DNA of 64,000 bases, from NCBI RefSeq assembly GCF_028368995.1, contig NZ_JAQNDL010000001.1:1664001-1728000 (forward strand). Direction: 5' to 3'. Positions 19,282 to 33,600 of this stretch are shown one piece after another. Position 1 is the first letter of the stretch. Every line of letters begins with the position of its first letter. The notes beneath the pieces are model-generated. The model was not told the origin of the DNA. It saw only the letters and a list, made by a program, of their open reading frames with translations, and ran no database searches. Both the position numbers and the translations under genes were made by a program. The DNA is from Nannocystis bainbridge. Its GTDB lineage: Bacteria > Myxococcota_A > Polyangia > Nannocystales > Nannocystaceae.

Positions 19282-19674
19282 TCCGGGAGCAAGTCTATGG
19301 CACGTCTCCGGCCCGCGGGAGACACCTCGCATTGGCGTCTGCTGCAGCGGTCCAGCTCGCCGCACGCCTGCACTGGACTCCGCGCCCGGACGCGAGCGTC
19401 GTTCCATTGGACATAAAACATTGTATGGAGGGCACGGCCGTCGGCCCGTACCACACCGACCGAACGCAGAGACGCGCGCGTCGGCGCGCAATCACCGGTC
19501 CGCGCGGCCCTGCAGATCCGGCTCGGCTCGCCGGCGGCGGCGCGGCGCGGCGGATGCGACGGGTGGTGATTGGTGGTACTGACAGTCACATCGGTGCATT
19601 GACGGGCGCCTCACCGGCCGTCGGGTGCGGCCAATGCAGGTCGCGGGCGCGAGTGATTCGCGGCGCCCCGGACC

Positions 19675-23001
<3,327 letters not shown>

Positions 23002-23169
23002 GCGGACCTTAGCCCGGACGGAGTACCCGCCGCCCGGGAAAAAATTGCCCGCCGGCCACAAAACCCCCGCTCGCGGATCCGCCCACCCGTGGACGCCCTC
23101 GCGGCGGGGCGCCGCCTCGCCGTGAAGCGCTCGCCCGTCTTGCGAGCGGCGCCCAGACCGCTGCGCACG

Positions 23170-23207
23170 TCACATGTCCCCATGAGCATGTCCTGAGGAC
23201 CAGGCCG
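23170..23207. repeat. GACATGTC 14-bp-pitch array (3 units)
   Basis: Cores at 23173, 23187, 23201 (CAGG). Confidence 0.75.
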
Positions 23208-23303
23208 AAAATTCACGAGAGTCGATACCCGTCGACGGCCCCCGCGGGACCGAAGATTGACCTCGATCCAGGCGCGGCGGCTCGCGCCGTCACGCCCTCG
23301 GGC

Positions 23304-24398
23304 TCACGGCGGCGGGCCCACGAACGCGAGCCTGAGCTTCGCCTCCCCGCGCAAGCCATCGTCCGCCGGGAATCGCAGCAGCAGCACGTGCTCCCCCGCC
23401 TCCAGCGAGCCGCGGATCGTCTGCCCCCCGTGCGAGCCGAGGCTCTGGCTCATCGTCGCCGACGCGCAGGCTTGCAGGACCCCCTCCACCCCCGCCCCCT
23501 CGATCGTAAAATCATGAAGCCCCGCCCTGGCCACCTCGACCACGAAGGTCGCCTCGAACGCGGGCTGGCCGTCCACCAGACCGGGGCCGAAGAACGTCCC
23601 GTCGCCGCACTGACTGACCACCGACCGATCGATCGAACCTTCCGCGTCCCACGCCAGCGGCTCGCCCTCCCCGCAGCCGAGCGGTCGGTTCAGCCCGTAA
23701 ATCGGCTCGTCCATCGCCGCCAGCGCCTCGCCCCACGAGCGCCCGTAGATCGATTCGAACACCTCCACGAATTGAGGCAGCCGCGCGTCCCCCGGCAAGG
23801 CCACACGAAACGCCCGATACTTGGCGGCGCCGTCGCGCGCCACGATCGACCCGACGAAATGCTGCGCCAGCAGATAATCGAGCTCGCCGCGCTCCACCAT
23901 CGCCTCGAACGCCGCGGGGAAGCCCGCCACCACGCCCGCCGTCGACGTGCCCGACCCCAGGTGCTCCGCCAGCCCCTCGCCGAGCACCTTCGACCCCGCC
24001 TGTCCCAGCGCCGGGACCTCGACCGCGTGCACGAGCTCGTGACGATTGACGACGGTGCGCGAGACGATCAGCCCCGAGTCGCGCGATTCATCATACCGGT
24101 AGCAATCGCGCGAACGCTCGCAGGCCCACGGTTCGCCCGAGGCCGCGAACGCATCCCACACATAGCGAATCCGTCCGGTCGGGACCCCGACCCCGACCGC
24201 CCCGGCGACCGCCGCGACGAACCGCTCCTCGCGCGCGAGGAAATCATCCATGCACAGCAGCGACGCGTCGGCGTCGGTGTGAAAATCGATGAATCGGCCG
24301 CTCGCCACCAACGGTGGCAGATCCTCGCCCGCACAACCCGCCGACCCGCCGAGCAGCGCCGCCGCCGTGATCACCAGCCTCGCGCGATTGTTCGGCAC
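23304..24398 (-). CDS. Lipoprotein with gluzincin-like HExxH motif
   Basis: SAGC lipobox; RHELVHA...GEGLAE; GTG start. Confidence 0.7.
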   Translation of the reverse strand: MPNNRARLVITAAALLGGSAGCAGEDLPPLVASGRFIDFHTDADASLLCMDDFLAREERFVAAVAGAVGVGVPTGRIRYVWDAFAASGEPWACERSRDCYRYDESRDSGLIVSRTVVNRHELVHAVEVPALGQAGSKVLGEGLAEHLGSGTSTAGVVAGFPAAFEAMVERGELDYLLAQHFVGSIVARDGAAKYRAFRVALPGDARLPQFVEVFESIYGRSWGEALAAMDEPIYGLNRPLGCGEGEPLAWDAEGSIDRSVVSQCGDGTFFGPGLVDGQPAFEATFVVEVARAGLHDFTIEGAGVEGVLQACASATMSQSLGSHGGQTIRGSLEAGEHVLLLRFPADDGLRGEAKLRLAFVGPPP

Positions 24399-24816
24399 GC
24401 GTGAACGTTACTCGAAGGCGAGCCTCTCGCCCGCGCCGGCCGCACTCGCGGTCGTGCATCGGCGTGCGCCCGTGCTCGCGAGAGCGATCGCCCCGCTCGC
24501 CGCTTTCCCTGCCAACCATCGCACCACTCGGCGAATGCGCTCATGGATCCTCGGAGGCGCTGCCTGTCTCGCCTGACAGCGCATCCCTCGCCACACGCTC
24601 CCGCCATCGCACCCGCAGCGCCGGCCAGCGAATCGCCATTGCCCACGCGCCACGATCGGCCCGCGCACATGCGTAAGTCGAGGTAAGCAAGCAGCGACAC
24701 GCCCCCCTGCGCAGCGACGCGCACTGGGGCCACGAGACCTCAGGCAAGCTCGCATCCCCGGGGGGCGCATGCATCGCCCGTGGATCCACCGCATATGCTC
24801 AAGTCGTCGCGAGCCG

Positions 24817-26100
24817 ATGAGTGAAAACGCCGAGATCGCCCGCCTACAGGCGGAGAACGCCGCTCTCCGTCGCCGGGTCGCCGAGCAGGACGATCAGCGC
24901 CAGCGGCTCGAGCGCCTGCTGCAGACCACCATCGACCACGTCGATTCGCTGATCTATCTGCGCGACGCCGACGGCCTCTTCACGCACATCAATACCACCT
25001 ACGAGCGCCTGACCAGCCTCTCGCCCGCCGCCGTGATCGGCCGCCGCGACTCCGACGTGTTCCCCAAGGAGGTCTACGAGGCGTTCCGGATCGCCGACCG
25101 GCAGGTCGCCGAGTCCCTCGCCACCGTCACCCAGGAGGAGCTGCTGCCGCAGGACGACGGCATGCATTTCTTCCGCTCTTACAAGTTCCCGGTGCTCGGC
25201 GCCGACGGGCGGATGATCGCGCAAGGCGGGATCTCGACCGACCTGACCCAGCAGCGGCGCGCCGAGGCCAAGCTGCAGGCCACCAAGTCGATCTTGCAGG
25301 CGATCGTCGAGAACGCCCCGCTGGCGATCCTCGCCACCGACAGCAGCCACAAATACGTGCTGGCCAGCAACGAGGCCGCGCGCCAGGTCGGCCTCAAGCC
25401 CGAGGACGTGCTCGGCAAATACGTCACCGACATCCTCCCGCCCGGCGCGGCCGAGGCCATGCAGGACACCACCGCCCAGGTGTTCCGCACCGGCACCACC
25501 CTGGTGCTCGAGCAGAAGGTCCCGTGGGAGGGCTCCTTCAAGGTGTTCCTCACCCACATGTTCCCGATCCGCGACGACGACGGCCAGGTCGGCGCCGTCG
25601 GCACGATCGCCACCGACGTCACCGATATGCGCCGCGCCGAGAGCGAGCACCTCCGCCTGCAGGAGGAGGTCATTCACGCCCAGCGCTCGGCGCTGCTCGA
25701 GCTCTCGACCCCGATCGTCCCGATCGTCGACGGCGTGCTGGCCGTGCCGCTCATCGGCGCCATCGACCGCGAGCGCAACCAGCAGATCGCCGTCGCCGTC
25801 CTGCAGCACGTCGCGGCCACCCGCGCCGCCGTCGTCATCCTCGACCTCACCGGCGTGCGCCACGTCGAGGCCGACATCGTCGACGCCTTGATGCAGACCG
25901 TCCGGGCCATGGGCATGCTCGGCGCCGAGGCGGTCCTGACCGGCATCTCGCCCGACCTCGCCGCGATGATGGCCGACCTCGACGAGCCGCTGCGGCACAT
26001 CACCGTCCGCCAGACCTTGCAGCACGGCATCGGCCACGCCCTCACCAAGCTCCGCGAACGTCGGACCGGTCATCGCCGCAGCGCGGCAGGAGAGCATTGA
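24817..26100 (+). CDS. PAS-PAS-STAS sensor (RsbR-like)
   Basis: N-terminal coiled coil, two PAS/PAC domains (KFPV..GGISTD; FPIRD..GTIATD), STAS ELSTPIVP...ILDLTGV...LTGISP. Confidence 0.92.
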   Translation: MSENAEIARLQAENAALRRRVAEQDDQRQRLERLLQTTIDHVDSLIYLRDADGLFTHINTTYERLTSLSPAAVIGRRDSDVFPKEVYEAFRIADRQVAESLATVTQEELLPQDDGMHFFRSYKFPVLGADGRMIAQGGISTDLTQQRRAEAKLQATKSILQAIVENAPLAILATDSSHKYVLASNEAARQVGLKPEDVLGKYVTDILPPGAAEAMQDTTAQVFRTGTTLVLEQKVPWEGSFKVFLTHMFPIRDDDGQVGAVGTIATDVTDMRRAESEHLRLQEEVIHAQRSALLELSTPIVPIVDGVLAVPLIGAIDRERNQQIAVAVLQHVAATRAAVVILDLTGVRHVEADIVDALMQTVRAMGMLGAEAVLTGISPDLAAMMADLDEPLRHITVRQTLQHGIGHALTKLRERRTGHRRSAAGEH

Positions 26101-26101
26101 C

Positions 26102-27103
26102 ATGAGCAGCGCCCCTTCCTCGGAGATCCCGGTCATCGACATCGGCCCGTTCGGCGACGGCGACGGCCCCGGCGCGGCCGCCGTCGCCGCGGCGTTCGAC
26201 CGCGCCTGCCGCGACCTCGGCTTCGTCGTCGTCGTCGGCCACGGGGTCCCGCAAGCGGCGATCGACGCGGCGCACCGCAGCTCCCGCGCCTTCTTCGACC
26301 TCGAGCTGGCGCAGCGCGACCGCTACGCCGCCCCGCCCGGCGGCTTCGTCGGCTACCGCGGCCTCGGGGCCGAGGGCCTGTCGTATTCGCTCGACCAGGA
26401 GACGGTGCCCGACTTCAAGGAGGCGTTCACCGTCGGCCGCATCGAGCGCGGCGACGAGCCCTACTTCACGTCGGAGATCGGTCGCATGTACATGCCCGAC
26501 CTGTCGTGGCCGACCGAGGTCCCCGAGTTCGCCGCCACCTGGACCGAGCTGTATCGCCACATGGACCGCGTCGCCTGGCGACTCATGCGCGTGTTCGCGG
26601 CCGCGCTGGCGCTCCCGCTCGGTTTCTTCGACGACAAGGTCGACCGCAACATCAGCTGCCTGCGCGCCATCAATTACCCGCACCAGTCGACCCCCGCGCA
26701 GCCGAACCAGCTCCGCGCCGGCGCCCACACCGACTACGGCAGCTTGACCCTGCTCAGCATGGAGGACGCCCCCGGCGGCCTCGAGGTCCAGCGCGCCGAC
26801 GGCTCGTGGGTGCCCGTGCGCGTCCCCTCCGACGCGTTCGTGATGAACGTCGCCGACCTCATGGCCCAGTGGACCAATGACCAGTGGCGCTCGTCGATGC
26901 ACCGGGTCGCCAATCCGCCGCCCGACGCCAATGGCAACACCCGCCGGCAATCGCTGGTGTTCTTCCACCAGCCGAATTACGACGCCGAGGTCATCCCCCT
27001 GGCGAGCTGCTGCGGCCCCGACACCCCGCCCAAGTACGCCCGCACGACCTCCGGCGAGCACCTGTTCATGAAGATGACCAAGGCCAAGAACATCAACGTG
27101 TGA
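26102..27103 (+). CDS. Isopenicillin N synthase-family 2OG/Fe(II) oxygenase
   Basis: IPVID, HTDYGSLTLL, MHRV, RQS motifs. Confidence 0.93.
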   Translation: MSSAPSSEIPVIDIGPFGDGDGPGAAAVAAAFDRACRDLGFVVVVGHGVPQAAIDAAHRSSRAFFDLELAQRDRYAAPPGGFVGYRGLGAEGLSYSLDQETVPDFKEAFTVGRIERGDEPYFTSEIGRMYMPDLSWPTEVPEFAATWTELYRHMDRVAWRLMRVFAAALALPLGFFDDKVDRNISCLRAINYPHQSTPAQPNQLRAGAHTDYGSLTLLSMEDAPGGLEVQRADGSWVPVRVPSDAFVMNVADLMAQWTNDQWRSSMHRVANPPPDANGNTRRQSLVFFHQPNYDAEVIPLASCCGPDTPPKYARTTSGEHLFMKMTKAKNINV

Positions 27104-27113
27104 CCGGCCCGGG

Positions 27114-27892
27114 TCAGCGCGCGTAGAGACGCAGGACTTCAGCTGCGAGCCGCGCTGCCGGGCGCCGAAGGCTGCGGCACCGCGCCGCGAATGCGCCCGT
27201 CCGGGTGCGCGCGCAGGCGATCGAGCGCGTGGCGGTAGAGCTTCCCGGGCCCGTTCGGGTAGAGAAACGCGATCGCACCCAGCGCGCGCAGCACCTCCGT
27301 CTGCTCGCTCGATGAGGTCGGGGACCGCCGGCTTCGTGTCCGGTTCGCGGCGCAGCGACCGTGGGTCGCTGCGGAAGGCCTGCGCGTGCGCCGGGCTGTA
27401 GCCGTGGGTCGCGTGCGGCGAGCGGGCCTGCAGCTCGTCCAGGAGCGCCTGCCGGTCGTCGTCGTTCAGGTGCGTCGTCTGCAGCTCGACGCGGGTCCCG
27501 TCCTCCAGCCCGAGGGTCACATAGTCGTGGGTCCCGCGACGATTTCCGTGCGTGGTATGGCCGTAGATCCACACGATCTCGTCGCTGAGCAGCTGTTCGC
27601 GCCGGCCGGTGGCGGCCTGCCGGGGCCGAGCCGCGCGGCGCGAAGCGGCCGCCCGCACGCGGCGGACCATCGGCCACACGTGCGAGAGCTGCACGGCGAG
27701 CGCCATCAGCAGGATCATCGGAATCACGAAGATCGCCAGCGCGACCCCCATCTTCCAGCCGACGACCGCGCCGAGGCCCAGGCAGCCCACCGCCGCGATC
27801 GGCGTGAGGGAGACGAGGAAGACTCGCGTCGCGCCGTGCGTGGAGATCGATCGGAGGCAGCGCTCGAGCGCGGGCGAGGAGCTGACGGCCAT
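27114..27892 (-). pseudogene. Two-TM membrane protein gene lacking a nearby stop, fused to frameshifted remnants
   Basis: Coding-like MAVSSSP...AFRSDPRSLRR, then the frame stays open to 26042 antisense to the oxygenase; other frames carry coding-like pieces (EVLRALGAIAFLYPNGPGKLYRHALDRLRAHPD; RLAAEVLRLYAR-stop at 27114). Confidence 0.45.
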
Positions 27893-28182
27893 GCCCGATG
27901 GTAAGGGCCCGTGGGGACTTTGAAGCGGTAATTCAGGGCCGCGACGGCGGGGGGTAGGGAAGCGCGCGTGGGTTCGTTCGCTCGCCAGCGGGACGAGCAT
28001 CGGCGGCGCTCGAGCCTCGCGCCCGACAGGTGCCGACGGCGAGGGTCCGGGCGGGCGTCGATGGCACGGCCGCCGCGGACGCGCCGGGCCGGCTTGCCGG
28101 CTCGCGCCGCTGGCATACACCCGCTCGGGTGTCGCCCTCGCGCCCTCGACCCGACCCGCTCCGCGCCCGCTCCGCCGCGCGC

Positions 28183-29475
28183 GTGATCGTCGTCGCGGCG
28201 GCGCTCGGCTGGCCTTCGGACCAGGCGAGCGCGGCGCCCCCGGGCGCGGACGGGCCGCCGGTCGGGCCGTCCGCGGTCGAGCGCATGGACGTCGACGCGG
28301 CGGTCGCGGAGGCGCTGCGGCTCAACCTGCAGCTGCTGGCGCAGATGCACGAGGTGCCGCTGGCGCGCGCGGAGGTGATCACGGCGCGGCTGCGGCTCAA
28401 CCCCACCCTGAGCCTCGGCGCCGATCACCTCGACCTGCTCGGCACCCACTACGACAACGTCAACCACGCCGGGCCGCAGGAGTTCTTCGCCCGCACCGAC
28501 GTGATGATCCGCGGCGGGCGCAAGCGACAGCGGCGGATCGAGGTCGCGGAGACCGGCGTGGCCGTCGCCGAGCAGCAGCTGCGCGACGCGGCGCGGCGGC
28601 TGATCCGCGACGTGCAGTGCGCCTGCGTCGACGTGCAGTACGCGGCCGCGGCGGTCCAGCTCGCCGGCACCAACCGCGAGCTGTACGCCCGGGTCATCGC
28701 GCTCAACGAGCTCCGCGTCGGCACCGGCGACCTGGCCCGGGTCGACCTGACGCGCGCGCAGATCGCCGAGCTGCAGGCGCGCAACGAGCTGCGGCAGGCG
28801 CAGGGGGCGCAACAGGTGGCGGCGAACAACCTGGCGCTGCTGCTCGGCCGCACGCGCGTCGCGGCTGCGATCTTCGTCACGGGCGAGATGCGGGCCGACG
28901 CCGGGGCGTACGCGCTGACCGACATCCGCGCGCAGGCGCTGCGACAGCGGCCCGATCTGCAGGCGGCCCGCACGGAGCTGCGCTTCACCGAGTCCGACAT
29001 CCGCCGCCAGATCGCCGAGGGCAAGGTCGACCTCTCGCTCGGCGTCGAGGCGCGCCGCCAGCAAGGCCTGGCCGGCACCGGCAACTCGCTCGGGTTCTTC
29101 TTCGTGGTGCCGCTGCGGCTGTTCGATCGCAACCAGGGGCAGATCGAGCGCGCGCGCCAGCTGGCGGCCCAGTCCGAGCAACGGGCGCGGGCGGTCGAGC
29201 AGTCGATCCGGATCGAGGTCGAGAACGTCCACGTCGACTACGAGGTGGCGCGCGACCTGCTGCGCAGCTTCGAGGGCGGGATGCTGGCCAAGGCCGAGCA
29301 GGTACTGGCGACCGCGGAGTACGCCTACGAGCGCGGCGAGGCCGGGCTGATCGAGCTGATCGACGCGCAGCGGGCCTTCAACGACACGCGGCGGACCTAC
29401 AACGAGGCCCGGGCGGCCTACGCCAAGGCGCTGTACGTGATCGACGCCGTGACGGCGCGGGAGACCCCGCAGTGA
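28183..29475 (+). CDS. czcC: TolC/CzcC family outer membrane efflux protein
   Basis: RLNPTL, RPDLQAA, VPLRLFDRNQG, YERGEAGLIELIDAQR; start uncertain (ORF opens at 28030). Confidence 0.85.
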   Translation: MIVVAAALGWPSDQASAAPPGADGPPVGPSAVERMDVDAAVAEALRLNLQLLAQMHEVPLARAEVITARLRLNPTLSLGADHLDLLGTHYDNVNHAGPQEFFARTDVMIRGGRKRQRRIEVAETGVAVAEQQLRDAARRLIRDVQCACVDVQYAAAAVQLAGTNRELYARVIALNELRVGTGDLARVDLTRAQIAELQARNELRQAQGAQQVAANNLALLLGRTRVAAAIFVTGEMRADAGAYALTDIRAQALRQRPDLQAARTELRFTESDIRRQIAEGKVDLSLGVEARRQQGLAGTGNSLGFFFVVPLRLFDRNQGQIERARQLAAQSEQRARAVEQSIRIEVENVHVDYEVARDLLRSFEGGMLAKAEQVLATAEYAYERGEAGLIELIDAQRAFNDTRRTYNEARAAYAKALYVIDAVTARETPQ

Positions 29476-30638
29476 CGACGCGAGCGTGGCTCGTGATGTT
29501 GGCGGCGGGCTGGCTCGGGCCGTGCCAACCACGGGCGCCGCAGCGCGAGACGGCGGCCGTGTCGGCGACGTCGCCGCAGCCGGGCCAGCCGACGCAGATC
29601 GAGCTGCCGCCCGACTCGCCGATGCTGCAGGCGGTGCGGATCGGCGAGGTCACCGCGCGCGAGCTGCCGTCCGACGAGGTCGTGTCGCCGGCGCAGATCG
29701 AGATCGATCCGAGCCGGCTGTCGCACGTGCTGCTGCCGGTGACCGGGCGCGTACGCGCGGTCGAGGTGAGGGTCGGCGATCACGTGCGCGCCGGTCAGAG
29801 GTTGCTCGAGCTCGACAGCCCCGAGGCCGATGCGGCGATCGCCCACTTCGAGCAGGCGGGGGCCGACGTGCTGGCGGCGCGGGCGGGGCTGGCCAAGGCG
29901 AACGCCGACCGCGCGCGCGTGCTCGGGCTGTTTCAGCACGACGCGGTGGCCCGCAAGGAGGTCGACAACGTCGAGGCGGCGCACGCCGAGGCCCGCGCGC
30001 AGCTGGTGCGCAGCACGGCCGATCGCAAGCAGGCGCGCCGCCGCCTCGAGCTGCTCGGTCTGAGGGTCGGCGACCCGCGCGACACGATCGCGGTCGAGGC
30101 GCCGATCTCGGGGACGGTGCTCGAGCTGCACGTGGCGCCCGGCGAGTTCCACTCCGACACGGCGCAGCCGCTGATGACGATCGCCGACCTCAGCGCGGTG
30201 CTCGTCACCGCCGACGTGCCGGAGAACCTGGTCCGTCTGGTCACGCTCGGCGAGTCGATGCAGCTCGAGCTGGGGGCGTATCCAGGCGAGACGTTCGCGG
30301 CGCGGGTGGTGCGGATCGCCGACACGGTGGAGCCGAAGACCCGGACGATCAAGGTGCAGGCGGCGCTGCCGAACCCCGAAGGCCGGCTGCGCCCGGAGAT
30401 GTTCGGGCGGGTCCGCCACGCGCGGGCGTCGGCGGCGATGCCGGCGGTGCCGCAATCGGCCGTGCTCCACCGCGACGGCGGCGACGTCGTGCTGGTCGAG
30501 CGGGGCGCGGGGAGCTTCGAGGTGCGGCCGGTGACGATCGGGGCGCGCAGCGGCGAGTGGCTCGGGCTCACCGAGGGCGGGAAGGTCGGCGACAAGGTGG
30601 TGATCGACGGCGGGCTGCTGCTGCTGCCGCCGGAGTGA
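29472..30638 (+). CDS. czcB: RND periplasmic adaptor (CzcB/CusB-like)
   Basis: PVTGRV..VGDHVRAGQ, APISGTV, TRTIKV, LRPEMFG; GTG overlaps the upstream TGA. Confidence 0.88.
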   Translation: MTTRAWLVMLAAGWLGPCQPRAPQRETAAVSATSPQPGQPTQIELPPDSPMLQAVRIGEVTARELPSDEVVSPAQIEIDPSRLSHVLLPVTGRVRAVEVRVGDHVRAGQRLLELDSPEADAAIAHFEQAGADVLAARAGLAKANADRARVLGLFQHDAVARKEVDNVEAAHAEARAQLVRSTADRKQARRRLELLGLRVGDPRDTIAVEAPISGTVLELHVAPGEFHSDTAQPLMTIADLSAVLVTADVPENLVRLVTLGESMQLELGAYPGETFAARVVRIADTVEPKTRTIKVQAALPNPEGRLRPEMFGRVRHARASAAMPAVPQSAVLHRDGGDVVLVERGAGSFEVRPVTIGARSGEWLGLTEGGKVGDKVVIDGGLLLLPPE

Positions 30639-30644
30639 CAGGCG

Positions 30645-33600
30645 ATGCTGACGCGACTCCCGACGCTGGCCCTGCGCTTCCGCCTCGCGGTGCTGTTCGC
30701 GGCGGTCCTGTGGATCGCGGCCGGGACGTACGCGCTGCTGACGCTCAAGATCGAGGCGTACCCCGACGTCTCGGACACGCAGGTGGTCGTCGTCACGACC
30801 TTGCCCGGCTACGCGGCCGAGGAGGTCGAGCAGCTGGTGACGGTGCCGATCGAGCGGGCCCTCGGCAGCGTGCCGCACGTGATCGGCCGGCGCTCGCGGA
30901 CGATCTTCGGCCTGTCGGTGGTCGAGCTGACGTTCGACGACCGCATCGACGACCTGGTGGCGCGCCAGGTGGTGCTGGAGAAGCTGCGTGACGCCGATCT
31001 GCCGCCGGGGGTGTCCTCGTCGCTCGGACCGATGTCGTCGGCGATCGGCGAGATGTACCGCTATCACCTCGTCAGCGACACGCTGACGCCGATGCGACTG
31101 CGGACCCTGCAGGACTGGGTGGTGGCGCCGCGGCTGCTGCAGGCGCCGGGGGTGGCCGATGTCGTCACGTTCGGCGGCGAGGTCCGGCAGTACCAGGTCG
31201 AGCTCGACCCGCTCGCGCTCGAGAAGTACCACCTGTCGATCGAGGACATCGACGGCGCGATCGAGGACAACAACGCCAACGCCGGCGGCGGGGTGATCGA
31301 CAACGGGCAGCAGGCGATCGCGGTGCGCAGCGTGGGTCAGCTGCAGTCGGCGGAGGACATCGCGTCGACGCTGGTGGGCGTCGACGACGGGGTGCCGATC
31401 TTCGTCCGCGACGTCGCCACGGTGCGGATCGGGGCCGCGCCGCCGACAGGCATCTTCGGCATCGACGCGACGCAGGGCGGGGTCGAGGGGCTGGTGCTGA
31501 TGCGCCGGTGGGAGAACCCGAGCGAGGTGCTGGCGGGGATCCACGCCCGCGTCGACGCGCTCAACGCCGGCGAGGAGCTGGCGGGGGCCCGCATCGTCGG
31601 GTTCTACGACCGCAGCGAGATGGTCGGCCGGACGCTGCGCACGGTGTCGCGCACGCTCGCCGAGGGCGTGAGCATCGTCGTGCTGGTGCTGGTGTTCCTG
31701 CTCGGCAGCGTGCGCGCGGCGTTGCTGACGGCGCTGACGATCCCGATGTCGCTGCTGTTCGCGTTCGTGTGCATGAAGCTGGCGGGGGTCGCGGCCAACC
31801 TGCTCAGCCTCGGCGCGCTCGACTTCGGCATCATCGTCGACGGTACGCTGGTGATGGTCGAGGCGCTGGTGCACCGGCTGCAGCGCCGCCCCGACCCGGG
31901 GGCGCCGGCGACGGTGGCGGAGCTCGACGAAGCGGCGTGCGCGACGGCGCGGCCGATCGTGTTCTCGCTGGCGATCATCATCGCCGCGTACCTGCCGCTG
32001 TTCATGCTGCAGCGGATCGAGCGGCGGCTGTTCACGCCGATGGCGTTCACGGTCAGCACGGCGCTGCTCGGCTCGCTGCTGCTGTGCCTGACGCTGACGC
32101 CGGTGCTCGCCAGCTACCTGTTCCGCCGCCGGGTCCGGATCCGCGACAGCCGGGTGATGAAGGCCAGCGCCCGCGCCTACGAGCGGTGGATCGGCCGGCT
32201 CGTCCGCCGCGCGCGGCTGGTGGTGATCGTGGCGGCGCTGGCGACGGTGGCGGCGCTGGTGGTCCTCGGGCGCCGCGTCGGCACCGAGTTCCTGCCGCAG
32301 CTCGACGAGGGCTCGATCTGGATCCGCTGCAACTTGCCGCCCGGGCTGTCGCTGTTCAAGTCGGCCGAGGTCGCGTCGACGATCCGCGCGCTGGTGCTGC
32401 AGTCGCCCGAGGTGCGGCTCGTCAGCTCGCAGACCGGCCGCAACGACTCCGGGACCGACCCGTACGGGCCCAACCGCAACGAGCTCCTGGTCGCGCTGCA
32501 ACCTTATGACACATGGCCTAAAGGACAGATCAAGGCCGACCTGGTCGAGGCGCTGGCGGCCCGGCTGCGCGCGGCGATCCCCGGCGCGACGTTCAGCTTC
32601 ACCCAGCCGATCCTCGACAACGCGACGGAGGCGGCGACCGGCTCGTCGGCCGACCTGGCGATCATCATCCGCGGCCCGGACCTCGGCGAGCTGCGTCGGC
32701 TGGCGGTGCAGAGCCGCGAGGTGGTGGCGGGCATCCCGGGCGCGGCCGACACGGCGATCGAGCAGGAGGCGGGGCAAGAGCAGCTGCGGCTGCGGCTGCG
32801 GCGGGCCGACATGGCGCGCCACGGGGTCGACGTCCGCGACGTGCAGCAGCTGGTGAGCCTGGCGATCGGCGGGCGCCCGATCGACACCGTCTACGAGGGC
32901 TCGCGGCGGTTCGCGGTGGCGCTGCGGTTCATCCCGGAGGCGCGGGCCAGCGGCGACGCGATCGGCCGCCTGCTGATCACGCCGCACCGCGGGGGCCGGG
33001 TGCCGCTGGCCGAGGTCGCCGACATCGAGGTGGTCGAAGGCGCGACGATCATCGCCCGGCGCGAGAACCACCGCCAAGTCACGGTGCGCACCAACATCCG
33101 CGGGCGCGATCAGGGCAGCTTCGTGGCCGAGGCGCAGGCCAGGCTGCGGGCAGCGCTGCAGCTGCCGCCCGGGTACCAGCTCGAGTGGGGCGGGCAGTTC
33201 GAGAACCTCGAGCGCGCGCGCCGGCGCCTGGTGGTGATCCTGCCGCTGACGCTCGGCATCATCGTGTCGCTGCTGTTCTTCGCGTTCCGCTCGCTGCGCT
33301 GGGCGCTGCTGGTGCTGGCGTGCGTGCCGTTCTCGCTGCTCGGCGGGGTGTTCGCGCTGTGGCTGCGCGGGATCCACCTCAGCGTGTCGGCGGCGGTCGG
33401 GATGGTGTCGCTGTTCGGGGTGGCGGTGATGAGCGGGGTGCTGCTGGTCGAGTCGATCCGCACGGCCGAGGCGGACACGGCCGCGGAGTCGGCGGTGCGC
33501 GGGGCGACCCGGGCGCTACGGCCGCTGCTGCTGATGATCCTGGTGGCGCTGCTCGGGATGGTCCCGGCCGCTCGCGCGACCGGCATCGGCTCGGACGTGC

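Noticed and set aside
28062-28076. TGGCACG-N4-CCGC as a sigma54 promoter for czcCBA
   Set aside because: The -12 element lacks TT; plausible by chance in GC-rich DNA
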